Assembly (NCBI GenBank): GCA_033764015.1
Contig: JANRJK010000055.1
Span: 1 to 64,000 of the forward strand
DNA from: Candidatus Sumerlaeia bacterium
GTDB taxonomy: Bacteria; Sumerlaeota; Sumerlaeia; SLMS01; JANRJK01
Length of the DNA: 64,000 nt
Direction: 5' to 3'
Position 1 is the first letter of the stretch. Every line of letters starts with the position of its first letter. The position numbers and the translations under genes were made by a program. The notes below the pieces were generated by a model that saw nothing but the letters and a program-made list of their open reading frames with translations, ran no database searches and had not been told where the DNA came from. This document shows positions 48,138 through 58,174 of the stretch, one piece after another.

Positions 48138-48213
48138 CGGAGCGCCCCCGCGGGGGCGTCCGCAGCGCAAGGAAGCACAGGCGCCCCGCGCGCCAAGCCA
48201 GGAGTCGACGAAA

Positions 48214-48330
48214 ATGAAGGTACGTCCTTCCGTCAAGAAGATGTGCAGTCAATGCCGGGTGATCCGGCGCAAGGGCGTGATCCGCGTGATCTGCAAGGCG
48301 GACGCCCGCCACAAGCAGCGTCAAGGCTGA
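48214..48330 (+). CDS. rpmJ: 50S ribosomal protein L36 (zinc-binding type)
   Basis: Translated by hand: [38 protein letters not shown], with an AGGAG RBS. Below the ORF-track size cut-off. Confidence 0.97.
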   Translation: MKVRPSVKKMCSQCRVIRRKGVIRVICKADARHKQRQG

Positions 48331-48358
48331 TTTCCAGAGAGAAACGGAGTACCCCACA

Positions 48359-48742
48359 GTGGCACGCATCGCAGGCATCGACCTCCCCCGCGAAAAGCGC
48401 GTCGAGTACGCGCTGCCCTACATCTACGGCATCGGGCTGACGTTGAGCCGGAAGATCCTGAAGGAGGCGAAGATCTCCTTCGACACGCGCACGAAGGACC
48501 TCACCGAGGACGAGATCGGGCGCATCTCGGCGATCATCGCCGGCAACTACCGCGTCGAGGGCGACCTCCGGCGCGAGGTCGGGCAGAACATCAAGCGCCT
48601 GATGGACATCGGCTGCTACCGCGGCCTGCGCCACCGCAAGGGCCTCCCCTGCCGCGGACAGCGCACTAAGACGAACGCGCGCACCCGCAAGGGCAAGCGG
48701 CGCACCGTGGGACTCGGCCACAAGGCCGCCACGAAGACCTGA
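48359..48742 (+). CDS. rpsM: 30S ribosomal protein S13
   Basis: [14 protein letters not shown] and [14 protein letters not shown] motifs. Confidence 0.99.
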   Translation: MARIAGIDLPREKRVEYALPYIYGIGLTLSRKILKEAKISFDTRTKDLTEDEIGRISAIIAGNYRVEGDLRREVGQNIKRLMDIGCYRGLRHRKGLPCRGQRTKTNARTRKGKRRTVGLGHKAATKT

Positions 48743-48786
48743 TCCGCGGAACCCGACCGGAACACCATCCCTGAGGAACGACTGCA

Positions 48787-49215
48787 ATGGCTAAGAAGGA
48801 AGCAACGCCCGCGAAGGGCGGACGCCGCGCCGGCTCCGCCGCCCGCACGCAGAAGAAGGCCCGCAAGAACATCGGGCAGGCCGTTGTGCACGTCCACGCG
48901 ACGTTCAACAACACAATAGTCACCATCACCGATCCGGCGGGCAACACGATCTCCTGGGCGTCGGCGGGCGCCGCCGGCTTCACCGGCTCGCGCAAGTCCA
49001 CCCCCTTCGCCGCCGGACAGGCCGCCGAGCGCGCCGCGAAGGCCGCCATGGAGCACGGCGTCCACTCCGCGACGATCGAAATCAACGGCCCCGGCTCCGG
49101 CCGCGACTCCGCCGTGCGCCAGCTCCAAGCCGCCGGCATCCGAGTGATCTCGATCCGCGACATCACCCCCGTCCCGCACAACGGCTGCCGCGCCCCCAAG
49201 CGCCGCCGCGTCTGA
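48787..49215 (+). CDS. rpsK: 30S ribosomal protein S11
   Basis: [20 protein letters not shown] and PVPHNGCR motifs. Confidence 0.99.
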   Translation: MAKKEATPAKGGRRAGSAARTQKKARKNIGQAVVHVHATFNNTIVTITDPAGNTISWASAGAAGFTGSRKSTPFAAGQAAERAAKAAMEHGVHSATIEINGPGSGRDSAVRQLQAAGIRVISIRDITPVPHNGCRAPKRRRV

Positions 49216-49267
49216 ACCGGCGGAGCGCCGACACCAACCGACCGAAGAAGAATCCAGGAGAACGTTT

Positions 49268-49897
49268 GTGGCTCGTTACATTGGCCCGGTCTGCCGGCTC
49301 TGCCGGCGCGAGGCGAAGAAGCTCTACCTCAAGGGGGACCGCTGCTACGGTCCGAAGTGCGCCATCGAGCGCCGCAACGTGCCGCCGGGCCAGCACGGCC
49401 AGACGCGCACCAAGCTCTCCACCTACGGCGTCCAGCTCCGCGAGAAGCAGCGCGCCAAGCGCATCTACGGCGTCCTCGAGCGCCCCTTCCGCCGCTACTT
49501 CGCACGCGCGGACCGCTACGTCGGCGTCACCGGCACGGTGCTCCTGCAGCTCCTCGAACGCCGCCTCGACAACATGGTCTACCGCATCGGCTTCGCCTCC
49601 AGCCGCCGTCAGGCGCGCCAGTTCACCCGCCACAACATGATCCTCGTGAACGGCCAGCGCGTCAACATCCCCTCCTACCAGGTGCGCGTCGGCGACAAGA
49701 TCGCCCTCTCGCCCTCCGCGCAGCAGCTCCGCATCATCCAGGAAAACCTCCAGATGAGCGAGCGCCGCGGACGCAAGGCGTGGATCGGCTACAACGCGGG
49801 CGAGTTCACCGCCACCTTCCAGCAGGTCCCGAGCCGCGAGGACCTCGGCGACATCGACGTGCGCGAGCAGCTCATCGTCGAACTCTACTCGAAGTAA
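49268..49897 (+). CDS. rpsD: 30S ribosomal protein S4
   Basis: ARYIGPVCRLCRRE, PGQHG, QLREKQ and LERRLDN motifs. Confidence 0.99.
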   Translation: MARYIGPVCRLCRREAKKLYLKGDRCYGPKCAIERRNVPPGQHGQTRTKLSTYGVQLREKQRAKRIYGVLERPFRRYFARADRYVGVTGTVLLQLLERRLDNMVYRIGFASSRRQARQFTRHNMILVNGQRVNIPSYQVRVGDKIALSPSAQQLRIIQENLQMSERRGRKAWIGYNAGEFTATFQQVPSREDLGDIDVREQLIVELYSK

Positions 49898-50029
49898 ACG
49901 CTCCACCCCCGGAGACCGGATCCGATTCCGTTGGCGCCCGAACGGGCACGACCGGCGCAATCGGATCCGTCCGTTCCGTTTCGACCACTCAACCCTCTCC
50001 CGGTCACCGCAAGGAGCCCCGCCCCCGCT

Positions 50030-51058
50030 ATGGAACTGGAGCTTAAAGAACTTATCCGCCCCAACCGCGTGCAGCCCGATGTCCTCACCTCCTCGGACAC
50101 GTTCGGGCGATTCGTCGCGGAACCCTTCGAGCGCGGATTCGGCACCACGATCGGCAACTCCATCCGCCGCATCCTCCTCTCCTCGATCCAGGGCGCCGCA
50201 GCCACTTCCGTCCGCATCGACGGCGTGGACCACGAGTTCACCGGAGTCCCCGGCGCCGCCGAGGACGTGAACGACCTGATCCTGAATCTCAAACAGACCG
50301 TCTTCAAGATCGAAGGCGCCGAGAAGCAGGTGGTGCTCTACATCGAGAAGGACGGCCCCGGCGAGCTGAAGGCCGGCGACTTCGAACTTCCCGAGGGCAT
50401 CCGCGTCCTCAACCCCGAGCAGGTGCTCCTCACGCTCACCGGCGGCTCGACGGTCCGCATGGAAGTCACGGTCAGCGTCGGCCGCGGCTACGAGTCGGCC
50501 AGCTACGGCCCCATGGAAGGCAAGGAAGACATCGGCCCGATCCCCATCGACGCCAGCTTCTCGCCGATCGTGAACGTGAAGTACGCGGTCAGCGACGCGC
50601 GCGTCGGCCAGACGACCGACTACGACCGCCTCGTGCTCGAGGTCACCACCAACGGCTCCATCAGCCCCTCGGAGGCGGTCAGCTACGCCGCCAAGATCCT
50701 GCGCGACCACCTCGACCTCTTCATCCGTCCGGAAGAAGCGGGCGGCGCGGCGCGCGGCGCGGCCGGCGAGGAGGGCGCGGAAGGCGGCATGGGCACCATC
50801 GAGGAGCTCCAGGCGAAGCTGGACCGCTCCATCGAGGAACTCGAACTCTCGGTCCGCAGCTACAACTGCCTCGAGGCCGCCGGCATCAAGACGATCCGCG
50901 ACCTGGTCCAGAAGTCCGAAGGCGAGATGCTCAAGTACCGCAACTTCGGCCGCAAGTCGCTCTCGGAAATCAAGCAGATCCTCAAGGATATGGGGCTCGG
51001 CTTCAATATGCGCCTCGACGACCGCGGCATGCCCGTGCAGTCGGACGAGAAGCGCTGA
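50030..51058 (+). CDS. rpoA: RNA polymerase subunit alpha
   Basis: [43 protein letters not shown] and NFGRKSL motifs. Confidence 0.99.
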   Translation: MELELKELIRPNRVQPDVLTSSDTFGRFVAEPFERGFGTTIGNSIRRILLSSIQGAAATSVRIDGVDHEFTGVPGAAEDVNDLILNLKQTVFKIEGAEKQVVLYIEKDGPGELKAGDFELPEGIRVLNPEQVLLTLTGGSTVRMEVTVSVGRGYESASYGPMEGKEDIGPIPIDASFSPIVNVKYAVSDARVGQTTDYDRLVLEVTTNGSISPSEAVSYAAKILRDHLDLFIRPEEAGGAARGAAGEEGAEGGMGTIEELQAKLDRSIEELELSVRSYNCLEAAGIKTIRDLVQKSEGEMLKYRNFGRKSLSEIKQILKDMGLGFNMRLDDRGMPVQSDEKR

Positions 51059-51092
51059 TCGACATCACCCGCATCAAAGGAAGAATCCACCC

Positions 51093-51512
51093 GTGCGCCA
51101 CCGCAACCACCGCCATCGCCTGAGCCGCCCCGTCGGCCCCCGCGAGGCCCTCATGAGGAACCTCGCAGTCGCCCTCGTCGAGCACGAGCGCATCCGCACC
51201 ACCGTCGCCAAGGCGAAGGCGCTGCGCCCCTTCATCGAGCGCCTCGTGACGCTCGGCCGCGAGGACTCGACGCACCGCCGCCGCCTCGTCTTCCAGAAGC
51301 TCCAGAAGAAGAACGCGGTGACGAAGCTGTTCGACACCCTCGGGCCGCGCAACGCGCAGCGCCCGGGCGGCTACACCCGCATCATTCTCGACAACCGCCG
51401 CCAAGGCGACGGCGCCGAGATGGCCTACATCGAGTTCGTCGAGAAGGCTCCGGAAGCGGCCGCCGCCGCCGCCGGGGACGCCGACGCGGCCAAGGGCGGG
51501 GCGGACGCCTGA
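51093..51512 (+). CDS. rplQ: 50S ribosomal protein L17
   Basis: [21 protein letters not shown] and RQGDGA motifs. Confidence 0.98.
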   Translation: MRHRNHRHRLSRPVGPREALMRNLAVALVEHERIRTTVAKAKALRPFIERLVTLGREDSTHRRRLVFQKLQKKNAVTKLFDTLGPRNAQRPGGYTRIILDNRRQGDGAEMAYIEFVEKAPEAAAAAAGDADAAKGGADA

Positions 51513-51625
51513 TCCGGCTGCCGCCCCCAGCGCGGGCGCCGGATGCGAACATCCTTGAATCCCCCGGGGCGCGCGGCGTATCCACGCCACCAACCCCGGG
51601 GGTTCTCTCTGTTCGCGCGTGGCCA

Positions 51626-53413
51626 ATGCCCGGGCGCCCGAACGTTCCCATGATCGACACCCAACCCGTCACCGAGCTCTCCAACCCGCTCACGGAGCAG
51701 CTCGACACCGCTTCGCCCGAGGGCTTCGCCCGCCTGCTCCGCCAGGCGGACGCGCAGATCTTCGCGGGCTGGCGCGAGCACCCGTCGCTCGCGGACCGCG
51801 AATGCCTGCTCCAGATGGCCCGCTTCTCCGAGCGCCTCGCACGCGTCTTCGCGGCCAAGGACCAGGGAGCCGTGGTCCTCTCCGGCGCCGGCACCAGCGG
51901 ACGCCTCGCGGTGTTCCTCGCCAAGGAGCTCAACCGCCAGCTCCGCGTGTTCCGCCTCCCCGAGGTCTTCTCCGCCTGTGTCGCCGGCGGCGAGGCCGCC
52001 CTGATCCAACCCGTCGAGGGCGCGGAGGACCGCGCCGCCGCCGCCGTCGAGGAACTCAAGGCGCTCCTGCGCAAGGAGACCAAGGTGGGCCTCTTCGTCG
52101 GCATCTCCGCCGGACTCTCCGCGCCCTACATCGCCGCGCAGCTCGAGTCGCTCCGGCCGAACGCCGCCTGGGCCGCCTCCGTCCTCGGCTTCAACCCGCT
52201 CTCCCAGGCCCGCGCCACGCGCGCGGAGGCGGACCAGATCTCCTTCGCCGACGCCCTCGCGCCCTGGAGCGCGGAGCCCGATCGCTTCTTTCCCCTCACC
52301 CCCGTCTACGGCCCCGAGGCGCTCCGCGGCTCGACGCGCCTGAAGGGGGGCACCAGCACCAAGATGCTCCTCGAAGTCTGCTTCCAGCTCGCGCTCGAAC
52401 TGCGCGGCATCGACGAGGAGCGCCCCGCCCTTCCGGAGCCCGACGCGGACCCGGACCGCGAGGCGCTCGTGGACCGGCTCCGCATGATCCTCTCGGAGTA
52501 CCGCGAAGCGCTCGAATCAGCCTACGCCGATGTCTCCGCGGTGGGATCGCTGGTGAAGCTGGGCGGCAACGCGCTGCGCTCCGCCGGGCGCATCTACTAC
52601 CTCGCGCGCGGCACCGCGGGGCGCATGGCGATGCTCGACGCCGCCGAGTGCCCGCCCACCTTCGGCGCCGACCCGGGCGACGTCCGCGCCTTCCTCCAGG
52701 AGGGCTGGGGCTCGTGGCTCGAGGACGGGCGCGACCTCGCTACGCTCGGCAAGAACTACACGATCGACCTGGAGTCCTTCGAGGAGTCGTTCCTTCCCGA
52801 AGTGAGCCGCGGCGATCTGGTGGTGGTCCCCACCATCGGCCCCGTGGGCGACCGGCTCCGCGGGCTCCTCGAAGCCTGCCACGAGGCCCGCGCCAAGACC
52901 GCCGTCGTCTGGGTGAGCCCCCTCGCCCCCAAGCCCGACGAGCGCCCCGACAACATCGACCTGCTGCTGCACATCCACGTGCCGGCGCTCGGCTTCCGCC
53001 CCGGCTACTTCAACATGGCGGAGACCGCGCTCAAGCTGGTCCTGAACGCCCTCACCACCGGCGCCCACGCCATGTCCGGACGCATCTACGGCAACTCGAT
53101 GATCGACCTGCGGCTCTCGAACACCAAACTCTACGCGCGTTCGGTGAAGACGATCCAGACGCTGCTCGGCCTGCCGGCGGAGCAGCCCGCCGCCGAGGCG
53201 CTGCACCGCGCCGTGTTCCAGACGGACACGCCGACGCCGGAGCAGCTCGCCGCGCCGCCGATGGAAGTGGTGAAGCTGGCGGGGGAACGGCGCGGCATCG
53301 TTCCCCGGGCGCTGTTGATCGGAACCGGCAAGTTCACCTGCTCCGAAGCGGGGCGCGCGCTCGCGGACGATCCGGTGGTCCGCCGCGCCGTGATGCGCGC
53401 ATTGACCGGGTAG
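51626..53413 (+). CDS. Glucokinase regulatory protein (GKRP)-like double-SIS protein / tandem-fused MurQ etherase homologue
   Basis: TELSNP, SGAGTSGR, AGG...EGAED, GISAGLSAP, GFNP, GPEALRGSTRLKGGTSTK, second half DAAECPPTFG and KLVLNALTTGAH..GRIYGNSMIDLRLSNTKL motifs. Alternative start at ATG 51650. Confidence 0.88.
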   Translation: MPGRPNVPMIDTQPVTELSNPLTEQLDTASPEGFARLLRQADAQIFAGWREHPSLADRECLLQMARFSERLARVFAAKDQGAVVLSGAGTSGRLAVFLAKELNRQLRVFRLPEVFSACVAGGEAALIQPVEGAEDRAAAAVEELKALLRKETKVGLFVGISAGLSAPYIAAQLESLRPNAAWAASVLGFNPLSQARATRAEADQISFADALAPWSAEPDRFFPLTPVYGPEALRGSTRLKGGTSTKMLLEVCFQLALELRGIDEERPALPEPDADPDREALVDRLRMILSEYREALESAYADVSAVGSLVKLGGNALRSAGRIYYLARGTAGRMAMLDAAECPPTFGADPGDVRAFLQEGWGSWLEDGRDLATLGKNYTIDLESFEESFLPEVSRGDLVVVPTIGPVGDRLRGLLEACHEARAKTAVVWVSPLAPKPDERPDNIDLLLHIHVPALGFRPGYFNMAETALKLVLNALTTGAHAMSGRIYGNSMIDLRLSNTKLYARSVKTIQTLLGLPAEQPAAEALHRAVFQTDTPTPEQLAAPPMEVVKLAGERRGIVPRALLIGTGKFTCSEAGRALADDPVVRRAVMRALTG

Positions 53414-53501
53414 CGGGCGGGAGAGCGCTTTAGTGCGGATTGGGCTTGGCGTTACAGGGTCCGGTTGATGATGTGCTGACCTTGAGGTTAGCGAGGAGCA
53501 G

Positions 53502-54335
53502 ATGGGGCGCACCGGGACAAAGCAGGCCGAACGCGAGTCGATCGTGATCCTGATCGCCTTGGGGAAACCCGAGGAGGCCGTGCTGTTCGAGCAGCACCTG
53601 CACCGCGCGTTCCCAAACCAGGTCGAGATCTACCGCGCCTCCTCCGGCTTCGACGCCATGTCGCTCGCGATGAACCAGCCGGAAGTGGTGCTGCTCGACC
53701 AGCGCCTGCCGGACGTCATGGGCCTCGACATGATCGAGCCGATCCGCGAGCAGATCGGCGAGGAGAACCACCTGATCTTCGTCGGCGGCTCGGGGCGCGG
53801 CGGCATCCGCCCGGGCATGCGCGACGAGGCGCTCAAGCGCGGCGCCACCGCCCTCTTCGACCGGCCGATCAACGTCAAGATCTTCATCCGCACGCTCCGC
53901 AAGCTGCTCTTCCCCAAGCCCCCGGAGCACCCGCACATCAACGGCCTCGAGCTCCTCGACCTGCTCCAGGCCTACCACATGAAGCGCATCGACAAGACGA
54001 TCCGCATCTTCGCCCCGGACGGACGCGTCGGCTCGATCTACATCAACGCCGGCGAGATCTTCCACATCGAGGCGGGCGCAATGCAGGGCTTCCCCGCGAT
54101 GGTCGACCTCATGATGTGGGTCGAGGGCGACATCAAGACCTGGGACGCCTGCCTCTCCTCCGAGCAAACCAACCAGATGCCCACCATGAACCTCATCATG
54201 GACGCGGCCCGCATCATGGACGAGCAGGTCGGCTCGCAGGGCAGCGACTCCTCGGACGAACTCGACCTGCCCACTGAGATGAACATCCCCGTCTTCGACG
54301 AGATGGACGGCCGCGAAGAGTCCGCCCGCGGCTGA
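53502..54335 (+). CDS. Atypical response-regulator receiver fused to a DUF4388 (PatA-N-like) domain
   Basis: VVLLDQRLPDVMGL receiver core; LLDLLQ...GSIYINAGEIFH...G..AMVDLMMW.EG. Confidence 0.8.
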   Translation: MGRTGTKQAERESIVILIALGKPEEAVLFEQHLHRAFPNQVEIYRASSGFDAMSLAMNQPEVVLLDQRLPDVMGLDMIEPIREQIGEENHLIFVGGSGRGGIRPGMRDEALKRGATALFDRPINVKIFIRTLRKLLFPKPPEHPHINGLELLDLLQAYHMKRIDKTIRIFAPDGRVGSIYINAGEIFHIEAGAMQGFPAMVDLMMWVEGDIKTWDACLSSEQTNQMPTMNLIMDAARIMDEQVGSQGSDSSDELDLPTEMNIPVFDEMDGREESARG

Positions 54336-54366
54336 GCCTCCGCAGCAACCGAGAGGAGCAGCGCCG

Positions 54367-55437
54367 ATGCAGCACCGCCAGCCACCCCGGACACCCGGGG
54401 CCGCCGCCAGTTTGTACGCCGCCGTGTGCGCGCTCGCGCTAGCGCTCCTGGCCACCGCCTGCGGCCGCGAGGAACAACCCGCCGCCGCGCAGCGCGAAGT
54501 CGTCGTCTACACGGCGCTCGACCGCGAGTACAGCGAGCCGATCTTCGACCTCTTCCAGCAGCGCACCGGCATCACCGTGCGCCCGGTCTACGACAGCGAG
54601 GCGGTCAAGACCGTCGGCCTCGTGAACCGCCTCATCGCGGAACGCAACCGCCCCGCCGCGGATGTGTTCTGGAACAACGAGATCGTCCGCTCGATCCAGC
54701 TCGCCCGCGAAGGCCTCGTGGAGCCGTACCGCTCGCACAGCGCCGCCGACATCCCCGCCGCCTTCAAGGACCCGCAAGGGTTCTGGACCGGATTCGCCGC
54801 GCGCGCCCGGGTCTTCATCGTTCCCGCGGAGATGCCGGAGGCCGAACTCCCCGCGCGGCTCGAAGACCTCGCGGACCCCGCGCGCACCGACTCGCGCGCC
54901 TTCGCGAAGCCGCTCTTCGGCACCACCAACACGCACGCGGCGGTCATCTGCGCCGCGGCGGGGGAGGCCGGCCTCCGCGCCTACATGGCCAACCTCCTCG
55001 CCAACGCGGTGATGCTCCCCGGCAACGGGCAGGTGCGCGACGCGGTCGTCGCCGGAGAGGTCCGCTGGGGGCTGACCGACACGGACGACGCGCACAGCGC
55101 GATCGAGGACGGCGCCGCCGTGCGCATCGTGTACCCCAAGGGCGGCCCCGAGGGCGAGGGCGCGCTCCTGATCCCGAACACCGTGGTCCTCATGAAGGGA
55201 GGACCGAATCCCGCGGAGGGCCGCGAACTGATCGACTTCCTGCTCTCGCGCGAAGTCGAAACGCTCCTAGCCGCCTCGCGCAGCGCGCAGATGCCGGTGC
55301 GCGAAGGGATCCCCTTCCCGCCGGGGCTCCCGCCGCTTGCGCCCGGCGATGTGCTTGCGGTGGACTGGGACTCCGTGTACGACAAACTCGCCACGGCACA
55401 GAGCGTGCTCGTCGAGATGCTCCCGTCGGAGCGCTGA
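54367..55437 (+). CDS. ABC transporter substrate-binding lipoprotein (iron(III)/AfuA-like)
   Basis: Lipobox LATAC; VVVYTA, AERNRPAADVFW and LIDFLLS motifs. Confidence 0.85.
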   Translation: MQHRQPPRTPGAAASLYAAVCALALALLATACGREEQPAAAQREVVVYTALDREYSEPIFDLFQQRTGITVRPVYDSEAVKTVGLVNRLIAERNRPAADVFWNNEIVRSIQLAREGLVEPYRSHSAADIPAAFKDPQGFWTGFAARARVFIVPAEMPEAELPARLEDLADPARTDSRAFAKPLFGTTNTHAAVICAAAGEAGLRAYMANLLANAVMLPGNGQVRDAVVAGEVRWGLTDTDDAHSAIEDGAAVRIVYPKGGPEGEGALLIPNTVVLMKGGPNPAEGRELIDFLLSREVETLLAASRSAQMPVREGIPFPPGLPPLAPGDVLAVDWDSVYDKLATAQSVLVEMLPSER

Positions 55438-55470
55438 ACCAGCCCGCGCACCGCTTACAAGGAAACCGCG

Positions 55471-56910
55471 ATGGACGCCGCCCTCCGATTGCTTCGCCTC
55501 GCCGCCGCCCTCGCGGTGTTGTCGGCCGTGGCCGCGCCCCTCGCCGCCCAATCGAAGGAAGACGACGGCAAGGAGAAGGACAAGCCGCGCCGCGACTCCG
55601 ACAGCAGCCTTTCATCCAGCGATAGCTCCGGCGAACGGCAGACCCTCGCCCAGCGCCGCAAAGCCGCCGCCGCCGAACGCGAGCGCGAAGCCGCCAAGAA
55701 CTCCGCCAACAACCAGCAAGGCGGCTCGGCGCCGTCCGGCGGGCGGGAAGGAAAGGCCGGCCGCGGCGGCTCCGGATCCTCCGCCACCCGCGGCGGCGAG
55801 TCCGGCCTCGGGCCCGTCTCCATGACCTTCGACCGCAACGCCGCGATCCTCAGCCACTCCGCCGCCGACCCTTCCGAGGTCGGCATGAGCTTCGTCGCCA
55901 AGGAAGGGAACGAGTTCTGGACCGCGATCCGCCTCGACTCCTTCGATCCCTTGAATGTCGACCGCTTCGTATTCACGCTGGGCTATCCGAAGGACATCCT
56001 CGAGCCGGTCGGCGTGGACGACGCGATGATCGCGGGCGGCCTCACCGAGCCCCCCACGGTCGGCGTCTTCCCGCGCGCCGGCCTCTTCAGCTACGAAGCA
56101 GCGCTCGACCGGCCCATGCTGGTCAGCCCCGGCCCGCTGCTCTACATCCGCTGGCGTCCGCTGCGCGCCGCGCCGCTTTCGCAGCTTCCCTTCGCCGCGA
56201 TCCGCGGCGAGTACCCCGGCCTCTTCCTCGGCGAGCGCGACCTGCTCGGTTCGCCCCAGGAAGCCGACGACGGCGTGACCGCGCTCGACTTCTCCGTGCT
56301 GCCGCGCGACCCCGAGACGCTCGACGAGCTGGACGACGCGGCCGCCTTCGACTTCGGATTCTTCGAGAAGTACGGCGGCGTCCGCCTCTCGCTCGAAGGC
56401 CCCTCGCAGACGCCGCGCGCCGGCGAGGCCTTCTACGTCGACCTCGTGCTCGACAACCGGTCGAACAGCTCGCTCGACGCCATCTCCGCGCGCATCGAAT
56501 ACGATCCCGACGTCCTGACGATCCTCGACGCGGACTTCGACAACGGCATCACGCTCGGGGTGAACATCCACGACGGACCCTTCGCCGCGGATTTCCCATT
56601 CCCGTACCACATCCAGAACCAGGTGGACGCCTCGCTGGGGCGCATCACCTACCGCAAGGGGACCGACCGGCCGGACCAGATGCGCGGACGCCGCGGCACC
56701 ATCGCGCGCATCTACGCGCTGGCCACGGCGCCCACCACCGCGACGTCGATGCGCTTCACCTTCGCCGAAATCGACGGCTACCCCAGCACCGCCGCGACCT
56801 TCGTCGGCGACGACGTGCTCGGCGATCCCGCGGCGAAGGGCGACGGCGTGGCCGACCTCTCCTTCCCCATCCTCAACGCGCCCGCGGGCGCCGCCGTCGC
56901 CGCGCGCTGA
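55471..56910 (+). CDS. Secreted protein with a low-complexity N-terminus and cohesin-like beta-sandwich domains
   Basis: Signal peptide; GEAFYVDLVLDN...ISARIEYDPDVLTIL...GRITY...GTIARIY pattern, with an earlier related segment FTLGYPKDILEPV. Confidence 0.65.
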   Translation: MDAALRLLRLAAALAVLSAVAAPLAAQSKEDDGKEKDKPRRDSDSSLSSSDSSGERQTLAQRRKAAAAEREREAAKNSANNQQGGSAPSGGREGKAGRGGSGSSATRGGESGLGPVSMTFDRNAAILSHSAADPSEVGMSFVAKEGNEFWTAIRLDSFDPLNVDRFVFTLGYPKDILEPVGVDDAMIAGGLTEPPTVGVFPRAGLFSYEAALDRPMLVSPGPLLYIRWRPLRAAPLSQLPFAAIRGEYPGLFLGERDLLGSPQEADDGVTALDFSVLPRDPETLDELDDAAAFDFGFFEKYGGVRLSLEGPSQTPRAGEAFYVDLVLDNRSNSSLDAISARIEYDPDVLTILDADFDNGITLGVNIHDGPFAADFPFPYHIQNQVDASLGRITYRKGTDRPDQMRGRRGTIARIYALATAPTTATSMRFTFAEIDGYPSTAATFVGDDVLGDPAAKGDGVADLSFPILNAPAGAAVAAR

Positions 56911-56929
56911 CCCGCCCGGAGCACACGCC

Positions 56930-57412
56930 ATGGCCGACAAGAAACCCACTCCCCGCGCGGGCAACCGCCAGATCGCCGCCAACCGCCGCGCGCGCTTCGA
57001 GTACGAGATCCTCGAGAAGTTCGAGGCCGGCATCGAACTCGTCGGCCCCGAGGTGAAGAGCCTTCGCAACGGCGGCGGCTCGATCACCGAGTCCTACGTC
57101 ATCCCGATCCGCGGCTCGCTCTTCATCCAGGGCTTCCACGTGCGCCCCTACGAGAACGGCGGCTACTCGAACCCGTCCGATCCCACGCGCGAGCGCCGCC
57201 TCCTTCTGCAGCGCCGCGAGATCAACAAGCTGATCGGCGCGGTCTCCGTGAAGGGCATGACGATCGTCCCGCTGCGGCTCTACTTCAACGAGCGCGGGTG
57301 GGCGAAGGTCGAGATCGGCCTCGCGCGCGGCAAGCAGCTCCACGACAAGCGCGAAGCAATCAAGGAGCGCGAGACGAAGCGCGAACTGGCCCGGGAGTAC
57401 AAGCTCCGCTGA
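56930..57412 (+). CDS. smpB: SsrA-binding protein
   Basis: NRRARFEY, EAGIEL.G.EVKSLR and GKQLHDKRE motifs. Confidence 0.97.
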   Translation: MADKKPTPRAGNRQIAANRRARFEYEILEKFEAGIELVGPEVKSLRNGGGSITESYVIPIRGSLFIQGFHVRPYENGGYSNPSDPTRERRLLLQRREINKLIGAVSVKGMTIVPLRLYFNERGWAKVEIGLARGKQLHDKREAIKERETKRELAREYKLR

Positions 57413-57570
57413 TCCTATAGGATTGGCGACCCCTGATTTTGAAGGACTTGCAATTCCGGGAGCCGACGCTTCGGCGCCCCGGGCTCTCTTCTTGCCTTAT
57501 AAGGCCGATTGCGCGACAACTCCGGGCCTTGGAGCGAATCCGCTCCCATCGTTCCCGGCAGGTTCCCATC

Positions 57571-58167
57571 ATGGCGGCGCGCACACGCGGACACGTGCTC
57601 CTTCTCGAAGATGTCGAGAAGTGCGAGAAGGAAGTCATCGAAGCGCTGATGGGGTTCCCCGTCGGTGGCGAGGCGACCATCGTGATCAACTCCGGCGGCG
57701 GCTCGGTGTACGCCGGCCTCGCGATCGGAACGGTGGTGCGGCACCGGCGGATGCACTGCCACGCGCAGGTGCTGGCGGACTGCTCCAGCTCCGCGCTGCT
57801 CGTCTTCGCCGCCTGCCAGACGCGCGAAGTGTCGCCGCACGCCTCCTTCCTCTTCCACCCGATGCAATGGTCCAGCGACGACCGCTCGCGCGTGAACGGC
57901 GCGCGGAGCTGGTCCGAGGAGTTCCTGCGCGTGAGCAAGGTCTGCGAGGACTGGCTCTCCGAGCTGCTGCCGATCTCGCGCTCGGTGCTGCGCCGCTGGG
58001 TGCAGCAGGAGAAGTACGTCGTCGCACAGGAGCTGATCGACCTGGGGATCGCGACGGAAATGGCGCTGCCGGCGCCGCGCGTGGTGGGCGTCGAGGCGAA
58101 GCCGAAGCGCCGCGCGGCCGCCGCGCGCGCCAAGGCCCGCCCGGTGAAGATCCGCCGCGCCGGCTGA
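57571..58167 (+). CDS. ClpP-family peptidase, divergent
   Basis: INSGGGSVYAGLAI, CSSSA (catalytic Ser), FLFHP (His) and AQELIDLGIA motifs. Confidence 0.8.
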   Translation: MAARTRGHVLLLEDVEKCEKEVIEALMGFPVGGEATIVINSGGGSVYAGLAIGTVVRHRRMHCHAQVLADCSSSALLVFAACQTREVSPHASFLFHPMQWSSDDRSRVNGARSWSEEFLRVSKVCEDWLSELLPISRSVLRRWVQQEKYVVAQELIDLGIATEMALPAPRVVGVEAKPKRRAAAARAKARPVKIRRAG

Positions 58168-58174
58168 CCGCGCC

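Noticed and set aside
57413..57570. tmRNA (ssrA) next to smpB
   Set aside because: The gap is only ~160 nt and lacks the GGGG...TTCGA...CCA tRNA-like ends.
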